From the NCBI GenBank assembly GCA_019119045.1, contig DWXS01000029.1, positions 9,571-73,570 on the forward strand: a stretch of DNA of 64,000 bases, in the 5' to 3' direction. Each line of letters opens with the position of its first letter. The stretch's first letter is position 1. Both the position numbers and the translations under genes were made by a program. Shown here in pieces: positions 7,593 through 17,318 of the stretch. Origin of the DNA: Candidatus Mailhella merdavium. Lineage in GTDB: Bacteria > Desulfobacterota > Desulfovibrionia > Desulfovibrionales > Desulfovibrionaceae. The notes under the pieces are model-generated. The model saw only the letters and a list, made by a program, of their open reading frames with translations. It did no database searches and was not told where the DNA came from.

Positions 7593-9334
7593 TAGCGACA
7601 GGAAAGACTTATGAAGCAGACATTGCCATTATCGGCGGGGGAATAGCCGCATTGACGGCCGCACTTTCCGCTTCTTCGCGGGGGGCAAGCTGTGTCATGC
7701 TCGATAAGGGACATGTGCGGCGCAGCGGTTCCGGAGCAACGGGCAACGACCATTTTGCCTGTTATATTCCTGAGGTTCATGGGCCGTCCATGCAGGCCGT
7801 GTTTGACGCTTTCATGGATGCGGAGCTGTACCTTGGTCAGGACGAAGACATTGTAGCCGATTTTTTCCGTCACAGTCAGGAGATAGTCCGGAACTGGGAG
7901 AGCATGGGCATAAACATGCGTCCCACGGGGAAGTATGTGTTTCAGGGGCATGCTCTTCCCGGTGAAACCAGGGTATATCTCAAATATGACGGCTGCGATC
8001 AGAAGGCCTGTCTGCTTCGCCATGTGGACAGAAAAATGGTCACCATTCTCAATCACAGTCCCGTGATTGAGATTCTCCGTGAGGGCGATCGTGTGTCCGG
8101 GGTGCTGGCTGTCGACACGTCCAGAGAAAGCCCCAGCTTTACCCTGGTTCGTGCCAAGACGGTGATTCTTGCCACGGGGGCGACGCATCGTCTGTATCAT
8201 TCCGGGCCGACGCCGGCCTATATGTTCAATACGGCTCATTGTCCGAATGATGCGGGAGGGCCTGCGCTGGCTCTGCGTGCCGGGGCTGCACTGGTCAATA
8301 TGGAATTTCCCTATGTTCACGCCGGGCCGAAGTTTTTCGAACGTTGCGGCAAAGCCACATGGATCGGCGTATTCCGCTATCCGGACGGTCGTCCGCTGGG
8401 GCCGTTTGCGACGCATTCGGACAGGGAATATGGCGATGTGACAGGGGACGTATGGAATACGGCCTTTGACGATGTGATGCGTGATGCCAGCGGCCCCGCC
8501 TATATGGACTGTTCCGACGCATCCGCGGAAGATCTTGCATATATGCGTTGGGCAATGAAGTCTGAAGGTCTTACGGGGATGATGGAGTACATGGACGAGG
8601 CGGGGATAGATCCGGCCCGTCATGCCGTCGAGTTTGCCCGTTATGAGCCCTTTCTTATGGGGCGCGGCGTAGAAATAGATCGACACGGACGAACCTGCGT
8701 ACCTGGATTGTACTGCGCAGGGGATTCCGTCGGAAATTTCGGGGCGGGGATCGGTCCGGCTGCCTATATGGGAGACGTGTGCGGCCGGGAGGCTGCGGAA
8801 GAAAGCCGCAAGGCAGTCTTCTGCGGAGAGCCTGCGCTCAATCCCGCAGCCAGGGAGCGCATGGAGCTGTTTTCTTCCTTCATGGAGCGGAAAAACGGCG
8901 CAACATGGCAGGAAGCCAATTTCTGTCTGCAACAGATCATGGACGACTATGCGCCTGCCGGGCCTTCCGGTCGGCGTTCGGCCAATCTGCTGAACGCAGG
9001 GCTGCAGTATGTACGTCAGTTGCGTGAACGGACGCTTGCCGAACTTGGGGCAACCTGCTCGCATACACTGATGCGCAGCGGCGAGGTTCTCGATCTGATT
9101 GATTGCGGCGAGGCTCTGCTGCGCGCGGCTCTGGAGAGAAAGGAAAGCAGAAATAATCACTGTCGGACGGACTTCCCCTTTACCAATCCCCTGTTGCGTT
9201 CCCGGGTTTTGCGGGTACGCCTGAAATCCGGCTCGGGGAAACGTGGAGAAAACGAATTTGTGCTGGACTGGCGGGATCATCATGCTCTCCCCGTTCGCCG
9301 TGTCTGGGATGAAAGTATTGAACAGGAAGGGTAG
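7589..9334 (+). CDS. FAD-dependent oxidoreductase, AprA-like (SDH/FRD flavoprotein superfamily)
   Basis: IIGGGIAAL, RRSGSGATGNDHF, VILATG, GLYCAGD, C-terminal RKESR..H.R.DFP; coupled to the ferredoxin by ATGA overlap. Confidence 0.85.
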   Translation: MIATGKTYEADIAIIGGGIAALTAALSASSRGASCVMLDKGHVRRSGSGATGNDHFACYIPEVHGPSMQAVFDAFMDAELYLGQDEDIVADFFRHSQEIVRNWESMGINMRPTGKYVFQGHALPGETRVYLKYDGCDQKACLLRHVDRKMVTILNHSPVIEILREGDRVSGVLAVDTSRESPSFTLVRAKTVILATGATHRLYHSGPTPAYMFNTAHCPNDAGGPALALRAGAALVNMEFPYVHAGPKFFERCGKATWIGVFRYPDGRPLGPFATHSDREYGDVTGDVWNTAFDDVMRDASGPAYMDCSDASAEDLAYMRWAMKSEGLTGMMEYMDEAGIDPARHAVEFARYEPFLMGRGVEIDRHGRTCVPGLYCAGDSVGNFGAGIGPAAYMGDVCGREAAEESRKAVFCGEPALNPAARERMELFSSFMERKNGATWQEANFCLQQIMDDYAPAGPSGRRSANLLNAGLQYVRQLRERTLAELGATCSHTLMRSGEVLDLIDCGEALLRAALERKESRNNHCRTDFPFTNPLLRSRVLRVRLKSGSGKRGENEFVLDWRDHHALPVRRVWDESIEQEG

Positions 9335-9338
9335 ATTT

Positions 9339-11257
9339 ATGATGTATCCCCATGTGTTTCAGCCTGGGCGGATCGGGACGCTGGAACTGGAGTCCCGTCT
9401 GGTCTTTCCCCCCATGCAGACCCGCGCCACTGATGAGCGGGGCTTTCCCACGAAGCGGCTTGCGGATTTTCTTGTCCGCCGGGCGCACGGCATGGGTCTG
9501 ATGATTGTGCAGCATTCTTTCTGCTGGGAAGGTTCCGGCATTGAACGCGGCATGGATATTTCTCTTGACCGCAGTATTCCCTATCTGGAAAAGCTGGTTC
9601 GGGCCGTGAAGGCAACGGGAACGAAAGTAGGCATTCAGATCGGCGGACGCACGTTGCGACAGAAAGGTAATGTCTGTTATGCGCCGTCGTCCATTCCCAT
9701 TTCCTTTGAAGAGCGGCTTCCCACAGAAATAAGTAAAGAGCAGATTTGCGGCTATCTTGAGGCCTATGCCCGGGCCGCGGCCAGAATACGGGCCGCCGGC
9801 TTTGACGTGATTGAACTGCACGGCTTGACGGGAAAGCTGCTGGCTCAGTTTCTTTCTCCTTATTTTAACCGTCGCAGCGATGAATATGGCGGCAGTCTTG
9901 AAAACAGAACTCGTTTTCCCCGCGAGGTCATGGAGGCAATCCACAGCGCGGCAGGCAAAGATTTTCCCATTATTTTCGGTCTGACGGTGGACGAGGGACT
10001 TGAGGGAGGAGTCACTCCGCAGAATGCGGCCGGGCAGGCCAGACTCCTTGAGCAGGGGGCGCGGCGGCGTTTTTCATCTCCACGGGAACGCAGGAAAAAC
10101 GCTGGTATGCGGGAGCCATGTTCTGCCATGATTCTCCGGACAGACTGGAACTTGGTCTGGGATTGCGCGCAGCAACCTCTCTTCCCATTATGGTGGACGG
10201 AAAGATTCGTTCGCTGGAAATGGGGGATCAGATTATTGCCTCGGGGGCTGCGGATTTTATCGGAATATGTCGCCCCGTCATGGCAGATCCCGATTTTGTG
10301 GAAAAAAGTATGCGTCCGGACGGAGCAAGGGAGATACGTCGCTGTCTGTATTGCAGTAACTGCATGACCTGGCCGAACCGTCCTTATGTACGAGAGTTCG
10401 GAACGTGCTGCACGGTGAACCCTGCGACGTTCAGAGAAGCGTCGTTTGAGCCTGTTCCAGCGCAAAAAGTAAAGAAAGTCGCTGTGATCGGAGGCGGTCT
10501 GGCAGGTATGAACGCTGCACAGACTCTTGCGCAGCGCGGTCATGAGGTAACGCTGTACGAACAGGCGGGAGATCTTGGCGGGCAGTGGCTCGTTGCCTCA
10601 CATGGTGCCGATAAGGCCGATTTCCGCACGCTGATACCCTATCTGACACGCCGGATGCGCGAATACGGCGTAAGGGTCGAGCTTGGGCGGAGTATTTCTC
10701 CGCAGGATATCCGGGATATGGAAGTCGACTGTATTCTGTTGGCCACGGGGGCGTTGCCTCGTCAATACAGGGGCGAGCGTCCGGAAAAGGGTGGCCCGCG
10801 GATTGTGCAGGGCAACGATATTATTATGGGGCGGGAGCAGGCAGGCCGCCGGGTTCTGGTGGTGGGCGCACGCTATATCGGTATGGAAGTGGCCATTCAG
10901 CTTTCCGACGGCGAACGCACGGTTTCCCTGATTGATATTAATGGCATCGGAGCGGGAACTATTGCCGAACTCGGGGAATGGTACCGCACCAGACTGGTCG
11001 AATGCGGCGTGCATATGTATCCGCATACGCCGCTTATGCGTCTGACCCGGGAAGGGGCGGACATCGCCTTTGAATCCTCGATGATTTCTCTGCCCGTGGA
11101 TACGGTGGTACTCGCCATCGGGACGGTGCCGTGCAACGGACTTGAACAAGCCGTGGTGGAAAAGGGTGTGGAGTATTATTGCATCGGGGATTGCGGGGGC
11201 ATAGGAGACGCGCTGAAAGCCATGCGGGACGGCGCGGAAGTGGGGCGTCTGGTATAA
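9339..11257 (+). pseudogene. NADH:flavin oxidoreductase (OYE barrel, 4Fe-4S and FAD domains), frameshifted at G5 10055-10059
   Basis: ORF 9243..10367 has the OYE barrel (AGFDVIELH, FLSPYFNRRSDEYGGSLENRTRF); ORF 10118..11257 has CLYCSNC..CTVNP and VIGGGLAGM; adding one G gives ..LLEQGGAAAFFISTGTQEKRW, colinear with the paralog's AAGAAAIQASGGTQERIW; may be intact in vivo. Confidence 0.8.
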
Positions 11258-11269
11258 GACCGGGGCCTG

Positions 11270-11508
11270 CGGGCATGTTGTTTTTGAACATGCTCCCGGG
11301 ATCAGGTGAAGCGAGGCTGCGTCGCGACGCCGGAGCCGTCGCAACGAATTCGTGGCGCAGCCACCCGACGGCGGCCGCAGGGCCGTGCCTGCAGCAGGCA
11401 GGGCATACCGACACGGCCGGCAGAGCAAACTTCGGCGGAGGCGTGAAAGCTGCGAGCCGGAACATAGGGGGTCTGGCCGGCAGATATTTCAAGAGCAAAA
11501 CCTTCTAA
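11270..11508 (+). repeat. Dispersed palindromic-ended repeat, copy B
   Basis: GGGCATGTT-GTTTTTG-AACATGCTC hairpin; internal blocks GAAGCGAGGCTGCGTCGCGACGCCGG, AGGGCCGTGCCTG, CGGAGGCGTGAAAGCTGC; ends GCAGATATTTCAA...CTAA. Confidence 0.75.
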
Positions 11509-11529
11509 TGTTCAGAGAGGAGGAAGAGC

Positions 11530-12510
11530 ATGTTTTCACGTTTGGCAAAGACAACTGCGGCGTTGTTCGCTGGACTGGGGATGATTCTGGGAGCTTCTGC
11601 GGCTCTTGCGCAGTATCCTGAAAAGCCGATTTCCGTCATTTGTCCGTACGGAGCCGGAGGCGCGGCAGATATGCTGTTGCGTATTGCTTTGCCTCATATG
11701 GAAAAGGCAATAGGAACGACCATTGTGCCGGAATACAAGTCCGGGGCCGCGGGCGTTGTCGGGGCGAATTACTACGCAACCGTAAAGCCTGACGGATATC
11801 GTATTCTTCTTTACAATCAGCCGAACATGCTCCTCCAGACGCGCTACATGAAAACCGCCTTCGAGCCGGAAGATTTCGTACCGCTGCTGGGGCTGAATCT
11901 GGACTGGGACATGATTATTGTCCGGGAAGACAGTCCTTTTAAAAGTATTGAAGACATCATCAATTACGCCAAGGCCAACCCCGGCAAGCTCACGTTCGGC
12001 ATTCCGGGATATAATACGGCCCGGCATGTAAACTATGCGCTGTTTGCCGATCTGCTGGCAAAGCATGGCGCAAGCGTCACACTGGTTGCCTTTGAGAACG
12101 GCGGTAAGCAGATGGCGGCGGTACTTGGCGGACAGGTGGATATCGTCTGCAACACTTATGCCTTGATGGAGCAGTTTGAGGGTAAGCTTCGCGGCCTTGC
12201 GACCTATACGGATGGGCGAGTCGTGGAAAACGTGCCTTCCTTTAAAGAACTCGGCTATGAGGGCATGTATGGCGTGGGAACGACCTGCTATCTGCTCATC
12301 AACAAAAAGGCTCCGGCCGAAGTCATCGAGACTCTCCGTCAGAAGCTCTCCGTCCTGTGCGACGATCCTCAGCTGAAAGAAGATATCTGCAATGCGAACA
12401 TGCAGTATGAATACGGTGTGTTCAACGCGGAACGCTGTATCGAACTCAACGACTATTTCAGGAAGAAAATCGAGGAACTGGATCCCATTCTGAAGCTTTC
12501 CCAGAACTGA
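11530..12510 (+). CDS. tctC: Tripartite tricarboxylate transporter substrate-binding protein (TctC/Bug family)
   Basis: Signal peptide then YPEKPISVICPYGAGGAAD, SGAAGVVG, KPDGYRILL, AKANPGKLTFG, VLGGQVD. Confidence 0.9.
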   Translation: MFSRLAKTTAALFAGLGMILGASAALAQYPEKPISVICPYGAGGAADMLLRIALPHMEKAIGTTIVPEYKSGAAGVVGANYYATVKPDGYRILLYNQPNMLLQTRYMKTAFEPEDFVPLLGLNLDWDMIIVREDSPFKSIEDIINYAKANPGKLTFGIPGYNTARHVNYALFADLLAKHGASVTLVAFENGGKQMAAVLGGQVDIVCNTYALMEQFEGKLRGLATYTDGRVVENVPSFKELGYEGMYGVGTTCYLLINKKAPAEVIETLRQKLSVLCDDPQLKEDICNANMQYEYGVFNAERCIELNDYFRKKIEELDPILKLSQN

Positions 12511-12521
12511 TTGCGCTCTAT

Positions 12522-12551
12522 CCCGGTTCCGGTTTTTCAGCCGGAACCGGG
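12522..12551 (+). other. Intergenic hairpin between tctC and tctAB (mRNA stabiliser or attenuator)
   Basis: CCCGGTTCCGG-TTTTTCAG-CCGGAACCGGG. Confidence 0.55.
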
Positions 12552-12614
12552 TAAGGCTCCCGGCGGAATCTCGTGACCTGCCGGATTCCGCCGGCGACCC
12601 CGAGGAGAATCTTC

Positions 12615-14633
12615 ATGCTTGACCTGATAGTAAACAGTCTTGTCACCTGTCTGGAACCGATTAATCTGCTGGCCATGCTGGTTTCCGTAACGGTGGGCAT
12701 TGTCGTGGGCTGTCTGCCCGGATTCGGAGCAGCGGAGGGGCTGGTTCTCGTTCTGCCGTTGACCTATTCCATGGAACCTTCCACCGCCTTTATCGCACTT
12801 GCGGGGATTTATCTGGGGGCGGAATACGGCGGGAGTATTTCGGCCATTCTTATCAATACCCCGGGTACGCCGGCGGCCATCGTCACGTCTTTCGACGGGT
12901 ACCCCATGGCCAGGCAGGGAAAGGCGCGTCAGGCGCTGCTTTTTTCCAACTGCGCGTCTTTTACGGGAGGTATCTTCGGAGCCTTCGCCATGCTTCTGTT
13001 CATGCCCCTGCTGGGGTCTCTGGTGCTGCGTTTCGGGTCGGGAGAAATTTTCCTGCTGGCCGGCATGGGGCTGTTCCTTGTCGGCTCCATCAGTCGGGGT
13101 AATCTGCTGAAAGGCGTTACCTCTGCCGCGCTTGGCCTGTTTTTCACCTTTTTCGGCGCGGAAACCATTACGGGCTTTTCCCGCTTCGACTTTGATATTC
13201 CCATTCTGATCGGAGGATTGCCCATCATCGGAGGAATGCTGGCCATGTTTGCCGTGCCGCAGATGATGGAACTTGCGCTTGCGTCCGGCAGCAAAAGCGA
13301 AAAAATGGATTACGGCAGCATGAGCGTGCGGGAGAATTTCAAACTCTTTCGTGAAGTGCTTGCCGAGGTGTACAGACGCTTCAAGCTGACCATGTTTCGT
13401 TCCAGCCTGTTCGGCCTGCTGATCGGAATTATTCCCGGCGTCGGCGCTTCCGTAGCCAGCATGGCGGCATACAGTTCCGCAAGGAAATATTCCGAACACC
13501 CCGAAGAATTCGGAAACGGAGCCAAAGAGGGGATTGTCGCTCCCGAATCAGCCAATAACGCGCTGGTGGGCGGTTCGCTCATTCCCGTTATTTCGCTCGG
13601 AATCCCCGGCTCTCCGGCCGCAGCCATTTTCATGGCGGCCATTTTTCTGCACGGCATGACTCCCGGGCCCAACTTCCTCGCCAAGCAGGGAGATCTTGTC
13701 TACATCCTGATTATGGCCCTGTTTCTGGCTTCGCTCGTGCAACTGCTTCTGGGTGCGCTGACCATAGGTTCTCTTGCCGGCATACTGAGAATTCCCGCTT
13801 CCCGCCTCTTTCCTCTGGTTATCGCCATCTGTACCGTGGGGGCCTATGTTGCGCGGAGCATAGAATTTGACGTGCTGTTTTTTGTCGGGCTGGGAATTCT
13901 GGCCTTTTTCATGGCGAGATTCGGGCTGGATATGGGGGCCCTGGTACTCGGCGCCTTTCTCGGCAATACAATGGAGGTCTCGCTCAATGAGCTGTTGAGC
14001 ATTGCCCCGGCCAAGGGCGGCGTGATTCCCTATTTCTTCGGACGCCCCATTGCGGCAGGTATGCTGATCTGCATAGGGCTCTACTGTCTCTATCTGGTGA
14101 TCCGCGCTTTGCGTGCGCCGCGGGAATGCGGCGGACCTTCGGCTGCTCCGGCCGACTGGCTGGGGCGTCGCGGCGCGGATTTCTGTCTGAGTCTGGCCCT
14201 GATTGTTCTTGCGCTCTTCTTCCTGTACATGGCCCGCGATTATCCTGTGAGCAGCCGACTTTTTCCCAGCATCGTGCTGCTGGTCATTCTGGTCTGCATG
14301 GGGGTGCTTTTCCTGAAAAGTACCCTGCGAGGCTCCTCCTATGCGGGATGTAATGAATCCCCGTTTGCCGGGCTGGACTGGGGGCGTGTGGGCATATTGT
14401 GCGTCCTGATTCTCGCCTACGGGATTTCCGTGACGGAACTGGGCTTCTATGTCACGTCCTTTGTATTCATTCTGCTGTCCTGCGAGATGCTCGACCGCTG
14501 GAACGGCGGCGACGGCAGAGGTCTTGCCTCTCTTCCGGGCAAGATTCTCTATGCCTTTCTTTCCGTACTTGCCATGTATCTGGTGTTTGAGTGCGGTCTG
14601 TCCGTCGGTATGCCTTCACCTCTTCTGTTCTGA
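12615..14633 (+). CDS. tctA: Tripartite tricarboxylate transporter permease TctA with fused C-terminal TctB-like domain
   Basis: GGSISAILINTPGTPAAIVTSFDGYPMARQG, GIVAPESANNA, LGIPGS; extra C-terminal 4-TM domain with SRLFP, LGFY and FECGLSVGMP, typical of TctB. Confidence 0.85.
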   Translation: MLDLIVNSLVTCLEPINLLAMLVSVTVGIVVGCLPGFGAAEGLVLVLPLTYSMEPSTAFIALAGIYLGAEYGGSISAILINTPGTPAAIVTSFDGYPMARQGKARQALLFSNCASFTGGIFGAFAMLLFMPLLGSLVLRFGSGEIFLLAGMGLFLVGSISRGNLLKGVTSAALGLFFTFFGAETITGFSRFDFDIPILIGGLPIIGGMLAMFAVPQMMELALASGSKSEKMDYGSMSVRENFKLFREVLAEVYRRFKLTMFRSSLFGLLIGIIPGVGASVASMAAYSSARKYSEHPEEFGNGAKEGIVAPESANNALVGGSLIPVISLGIPGSPAAAIFMAAIFLHGMTPGPNFLAKQGDLVYILIMALFLASLVQLLLGALTIGSLAGILRIPASRLFPLVIAICTVGAYVARSIEFDVLFFVGLGILAFFMARFGLDMGALVLGAFLGNTMEVSLNELLSIAPAKGGVIPYFFGRPIAAGMLICIGLYCLYLVIRALRAPRECGGPSAAPADWLGRRGADFCLSLALIVLALFFLYMARDYPVSSRLFPSIVLLVILVCMGVLFLKSTLRGSSYAGCNESPFAGLDWGRVGILCVLILAYGISVTELGFYVTSFVFILLSCEMLDRWNGGDGRGLASLPGKILYAFLSVLAMYLVFECGLSVGMPSPLLF

Positions 14634-14656
14634 CACCAAAACAATTCGGGCACGTC

Positions 14657-16573
14657 ATGAGTATATTGTTTGAACCCTGTGTTATCGGTTCCGTCCGTCT
14701 TCGGAACAGGATTATCTATTCGGCAATGGATCTGCGATCTGGAGACGGCGACGGCCTGTTCAATGACCGTTCCCGCGAAAGCGCGGTGGAACGCGCCAGG
14801 GGCGGCGCAGCTCTGGTGTACGCTCCCGGCGTGGAGTGCCGTATTTACCGGGGAGATTGCGGCACGTCGCTTTGTCTGGAAGACGACGCGGCCATTCCGG
14901 GGATGCGCCGTTTTGTGGAAGAAGTGAAGGCAGCAGGCGCTGCCGCCGGTATTCAGATCGGCGCTCGCGGCACACGCACGGCGGGTCAGGAGGAAACTCT
15001 TGCCCCTACGTCCATGCGCTTCGGCTATGAACGACGCGTGCCGCGTGAAATTCGTCGGGATGAGATTCACAGTTTTGTTCAGGTCTTTGCAGAGACAACA
15101 GGGCGTGCAAAAGAGGCGGGATTTGATGTCATTGAGCTGCACGCCTGCACGGGTAAGCTGTTGAGCATGTTCCTTTCTCCGTACAGCAACCGCCGGGAAG
15201 ACGAGTACGGCGGCTCGCTGGAGAACCGGATGCGTTTTCCTCTGGAAGTGCTGAACGCCATGCTGGCGGAAGCCGGAAATATTCCCATAGTGCTGCGCCT
15301 GACGGTGGACGACATGCTGCCCGGCGGCATAGAGCTTGCCGAAGGTTGCGAAATGGCCCGGCGTTTCTGTGCGGCGGGAGCTGCAGCCATACAGGCATCC
15401 GGCGGGACACAGGAGCGCATCTGGAATATTTCCCCCTGCTACCGCATGAAGGAGGGCTATCTTATTCCTGCGGCCCGGGCGGTGAAGCAGGTTGTGGACA
15501 AGCCCGTCATCGCCATGGGCAAGCTCGGCGATCCGAAACTGGCGGAGCATGTTCTGGAGTCTGGCGCGGCGGATGCCGTTTCTCTGGGCAGACCCCTGCT
15601 TGCGGATCCCTATTGGCCGGAAAAGGTTCGGAAAGGGGAGACGGATTCGATCCGGCGTTGTGTGGGGTGTCTGAACTGCTTTTCCTCTTGCGGCAATCCT
15701 CGTCTGAAAGACTACGGATCCAGATGCACGGTCAATCCCTCCACGCTGCGGGAACGGAGCTTTGCCATAGTCCCGGCAAGGAAAAAGAAACGTATTCTGG
15801 TGGCAGGGGCAGGACTCGCAGGTATGGAAGCTGCGCGTGTTCTTGCGCGTCGGGGACATGAGGTCATACTCATGGAAAAGGCGGAAGCTCCTGGAGGACA
15901 GTGGCGCATAGCCTCGGCCGGAGCCCACAAGCATGATTACCGGGCTATTCTGCCGTGGTATGAGCGGGAACTGCGTCGGGCCCGGGTGGAAATACGCTTC
16001 GGCTGTGAAGTGGATGTCCGGACTGTGGCCTCACTCGGCGTGGATTGCACGGTGGTGGCAACAGGCGCGGAGCCGAACAATCTGCGCGTATTTCGATTGG
16101 GAGGCTGCGCTCCGAAGATGGTGCAGGCCTGTGATGTGCTTATGGGGAAAGCAGAAGTCGGGCAGCGTGTGGTGGTGGTCGGCGGGCGTTATATCGGTAT
16201 GGAAGCGGCCGTACTGCTGGCTGCTTCGGGACGACATGTCTCGCTTGTCGAGGCCTGCGCCATAGGGCATGGCACCAATCCCCGTCTGTTCGGTTTCTAT
16301 CGGGATGATCTTGTTCGGTACGGCGTGTATCTCTATCCGGATTCTCCTGTGCTGCGCCTGACGGCGGAAGGTGTGGATGTCGCCCATTGCGACGCGCTTC
16401 TTTCTCTTCCTGCGGATACCGTGGTGACTGCGGTAGGCACTCATCCCGTGCATGAACTGTATGATGCTCTCATCGCCGCAGGAATGGACTGCCGTATCAT
16501 CGGCGATGCCAGACAGATAGGCGACGCGCTGTTTGCCGTTCGGGAAGGTGCGGAACTGGGGCGGGAGCTGTAG
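14657..16573 (+). CDS. NADH:flavin oxidoreductase (OYE barrel, 4Fe-4S and FAD domains), second paralog
   Basis: LFEP..IG...LRNRI, AGFDVIELH, FLSPYSNRREDEYGGSLENRMRF, CVGCLNC..CTVNP, VAGAGLAGMEAA. Confidence 0.92.
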   Translation: MSILFEPCVIGSVRLRNRIIYSAMDLRSGDGDGLFNDRSRESAVERARGGAALVYAPGVECRIYRGDCGTSLCLEDDAAIPGMRRFVEEVKAAGAAAGIQIGARGTRTAGQEETLAPTSMRFGYERRVPREIRRDEIHSFVQVFAETTGRAKEAGFDVIELHACTGKLLSMFLSPYSNRREDEYGGSLENRMRFPLEVLNAMLAEAGNIPIVLRLTVDDMLPGGIELAEGCEMARRFCAAGAAAIQASGGTQERIWNISPCYRMKEGYLIPAARAVKQVVDKPVIAMGKLGDPKLAEHVLESGAADAVSLGRPLLADPYWPEKVRKGETDSIRRCVGCLNCFSSCGNPRLKDYGSRCTVNPSTLRERSFAIVPARKKKRILVAGAGLAGMEAARVLARRGHEVILMEKAEAPGGQWRIASAGAHKHDYRAILPWYERELRRARVEIRFGCEVDVRTVASLGVDCTVVATGAEPNNLRVFRLGGCAPKMVQACDVLMGKAEVGQRVVVVGGRYIGMEAAVLLAASGRHVSLVEACAIGHGTNPRLFGFYRDDLVRYGVYLYPDSPVLRLTAEGVDVAHCDALLSLPADTVVTAVGTHPVHELYDALIAAGMDCRIIGDARQIGDALFAVREGAELGREL

Positions 16574-16823
16574 ACTGTTCGCGAAGAGGGAGAACGGTGT
16601 TGTTGCCGGAGGAGGATTTGCCTCTCGTCCCTTCAGTCGCTTTTCATGGCGGAAAGCACTTTTATTCGTGTCCTGATCAGGGTACCTTATATCGGTTCAT
16701 AGATGCTGTCCGGGGAATGGACAGCATCTCCGTCTGCACAGAGGTTTGACTTTTACTTGACATATCGTTAGCTGTCTGCCGATTCGGACAGGCTCTGCTT
16801 GAAAAGTTCGGAAAGGGTGGCTG

Positions 16824-17252
16824 ATGGAGACAATTACAAAATGGATCGGTATCGCCGATCGGCTGAGCGACATATATATGAACAAAAAGCTGGCGCCGTG
16901 CGGAATACGCTTTTCCCAGCATATGTTCATTAATCATATATGCAGTTCACCGGGCCTGACACAGGATAAGCTTCCCGGGCTTGTCTACATTAATAAAAGT
17001 AACGTCACGCGCATTTTGAAGACGCTGGAGGAAGAGGGCTTTGTCCGGCGGGAAGTGAATCCTGACGATATGCGGACGGTGCGTCTTTATCCTACGGAAC
17101 GGGCTATGGAGATATTCCCCATGGTCATGGAGCAACGGGAGCTTTGCGAAGAACTGATGATGGAGGGCTTCTCGGAGGAAGAAAAGGAGATGCTGATCTC
17201 CCTGCTGATGCGGGTGACGAAGAATATCCGCAAACAGTTACCGGATGCCTGA
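16824..17252 (+). CDS. MarR family transcriptional regulator
   Basis: PGLTQDKL..INKSNVTRILKTLEEEGFVRREVNPDDMRTVRLYPT winged HTH. Confidence 0.92.
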   Translation: METITKWIGIADRLSDIYMNKKLAPCGIRFSQHMFINHICSSPGLTQDKLPGLVYINKSNVTRILKTLEEEGFVRREVNPDDMRTVRLYPTERAMEIFPMVMEQRELCEELMMEGFSEEEKEMLISLLMRVTKNIRKQLPDA

Positions 17253-17255
17253 CGA

Positions 17256-17292
17256 AAAACGGGGAGGAAAAGCAGTTTTCCTCCCCGTTTCC
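17256..17292. terminator. Bidirectional terminator between marR and valS
   Basis: AAACGGGGAGGAAAA-GCAG-TTTTCCTCCCCGTTT. Confidence 0.75.
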
Positions 17293-17318
17293 TGTTTCGA
17301 CGTTCGTGCACCCGCTTG

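Noticed and set aside
7589-9334. Calling this gene the dissimilatory aprA or sdhA/frdA
   Set aside because: No qmo/sat or sdhBC context, short AprB partner, and no SHT..A.GG covalent-FAD motif of SdhA/FrdA
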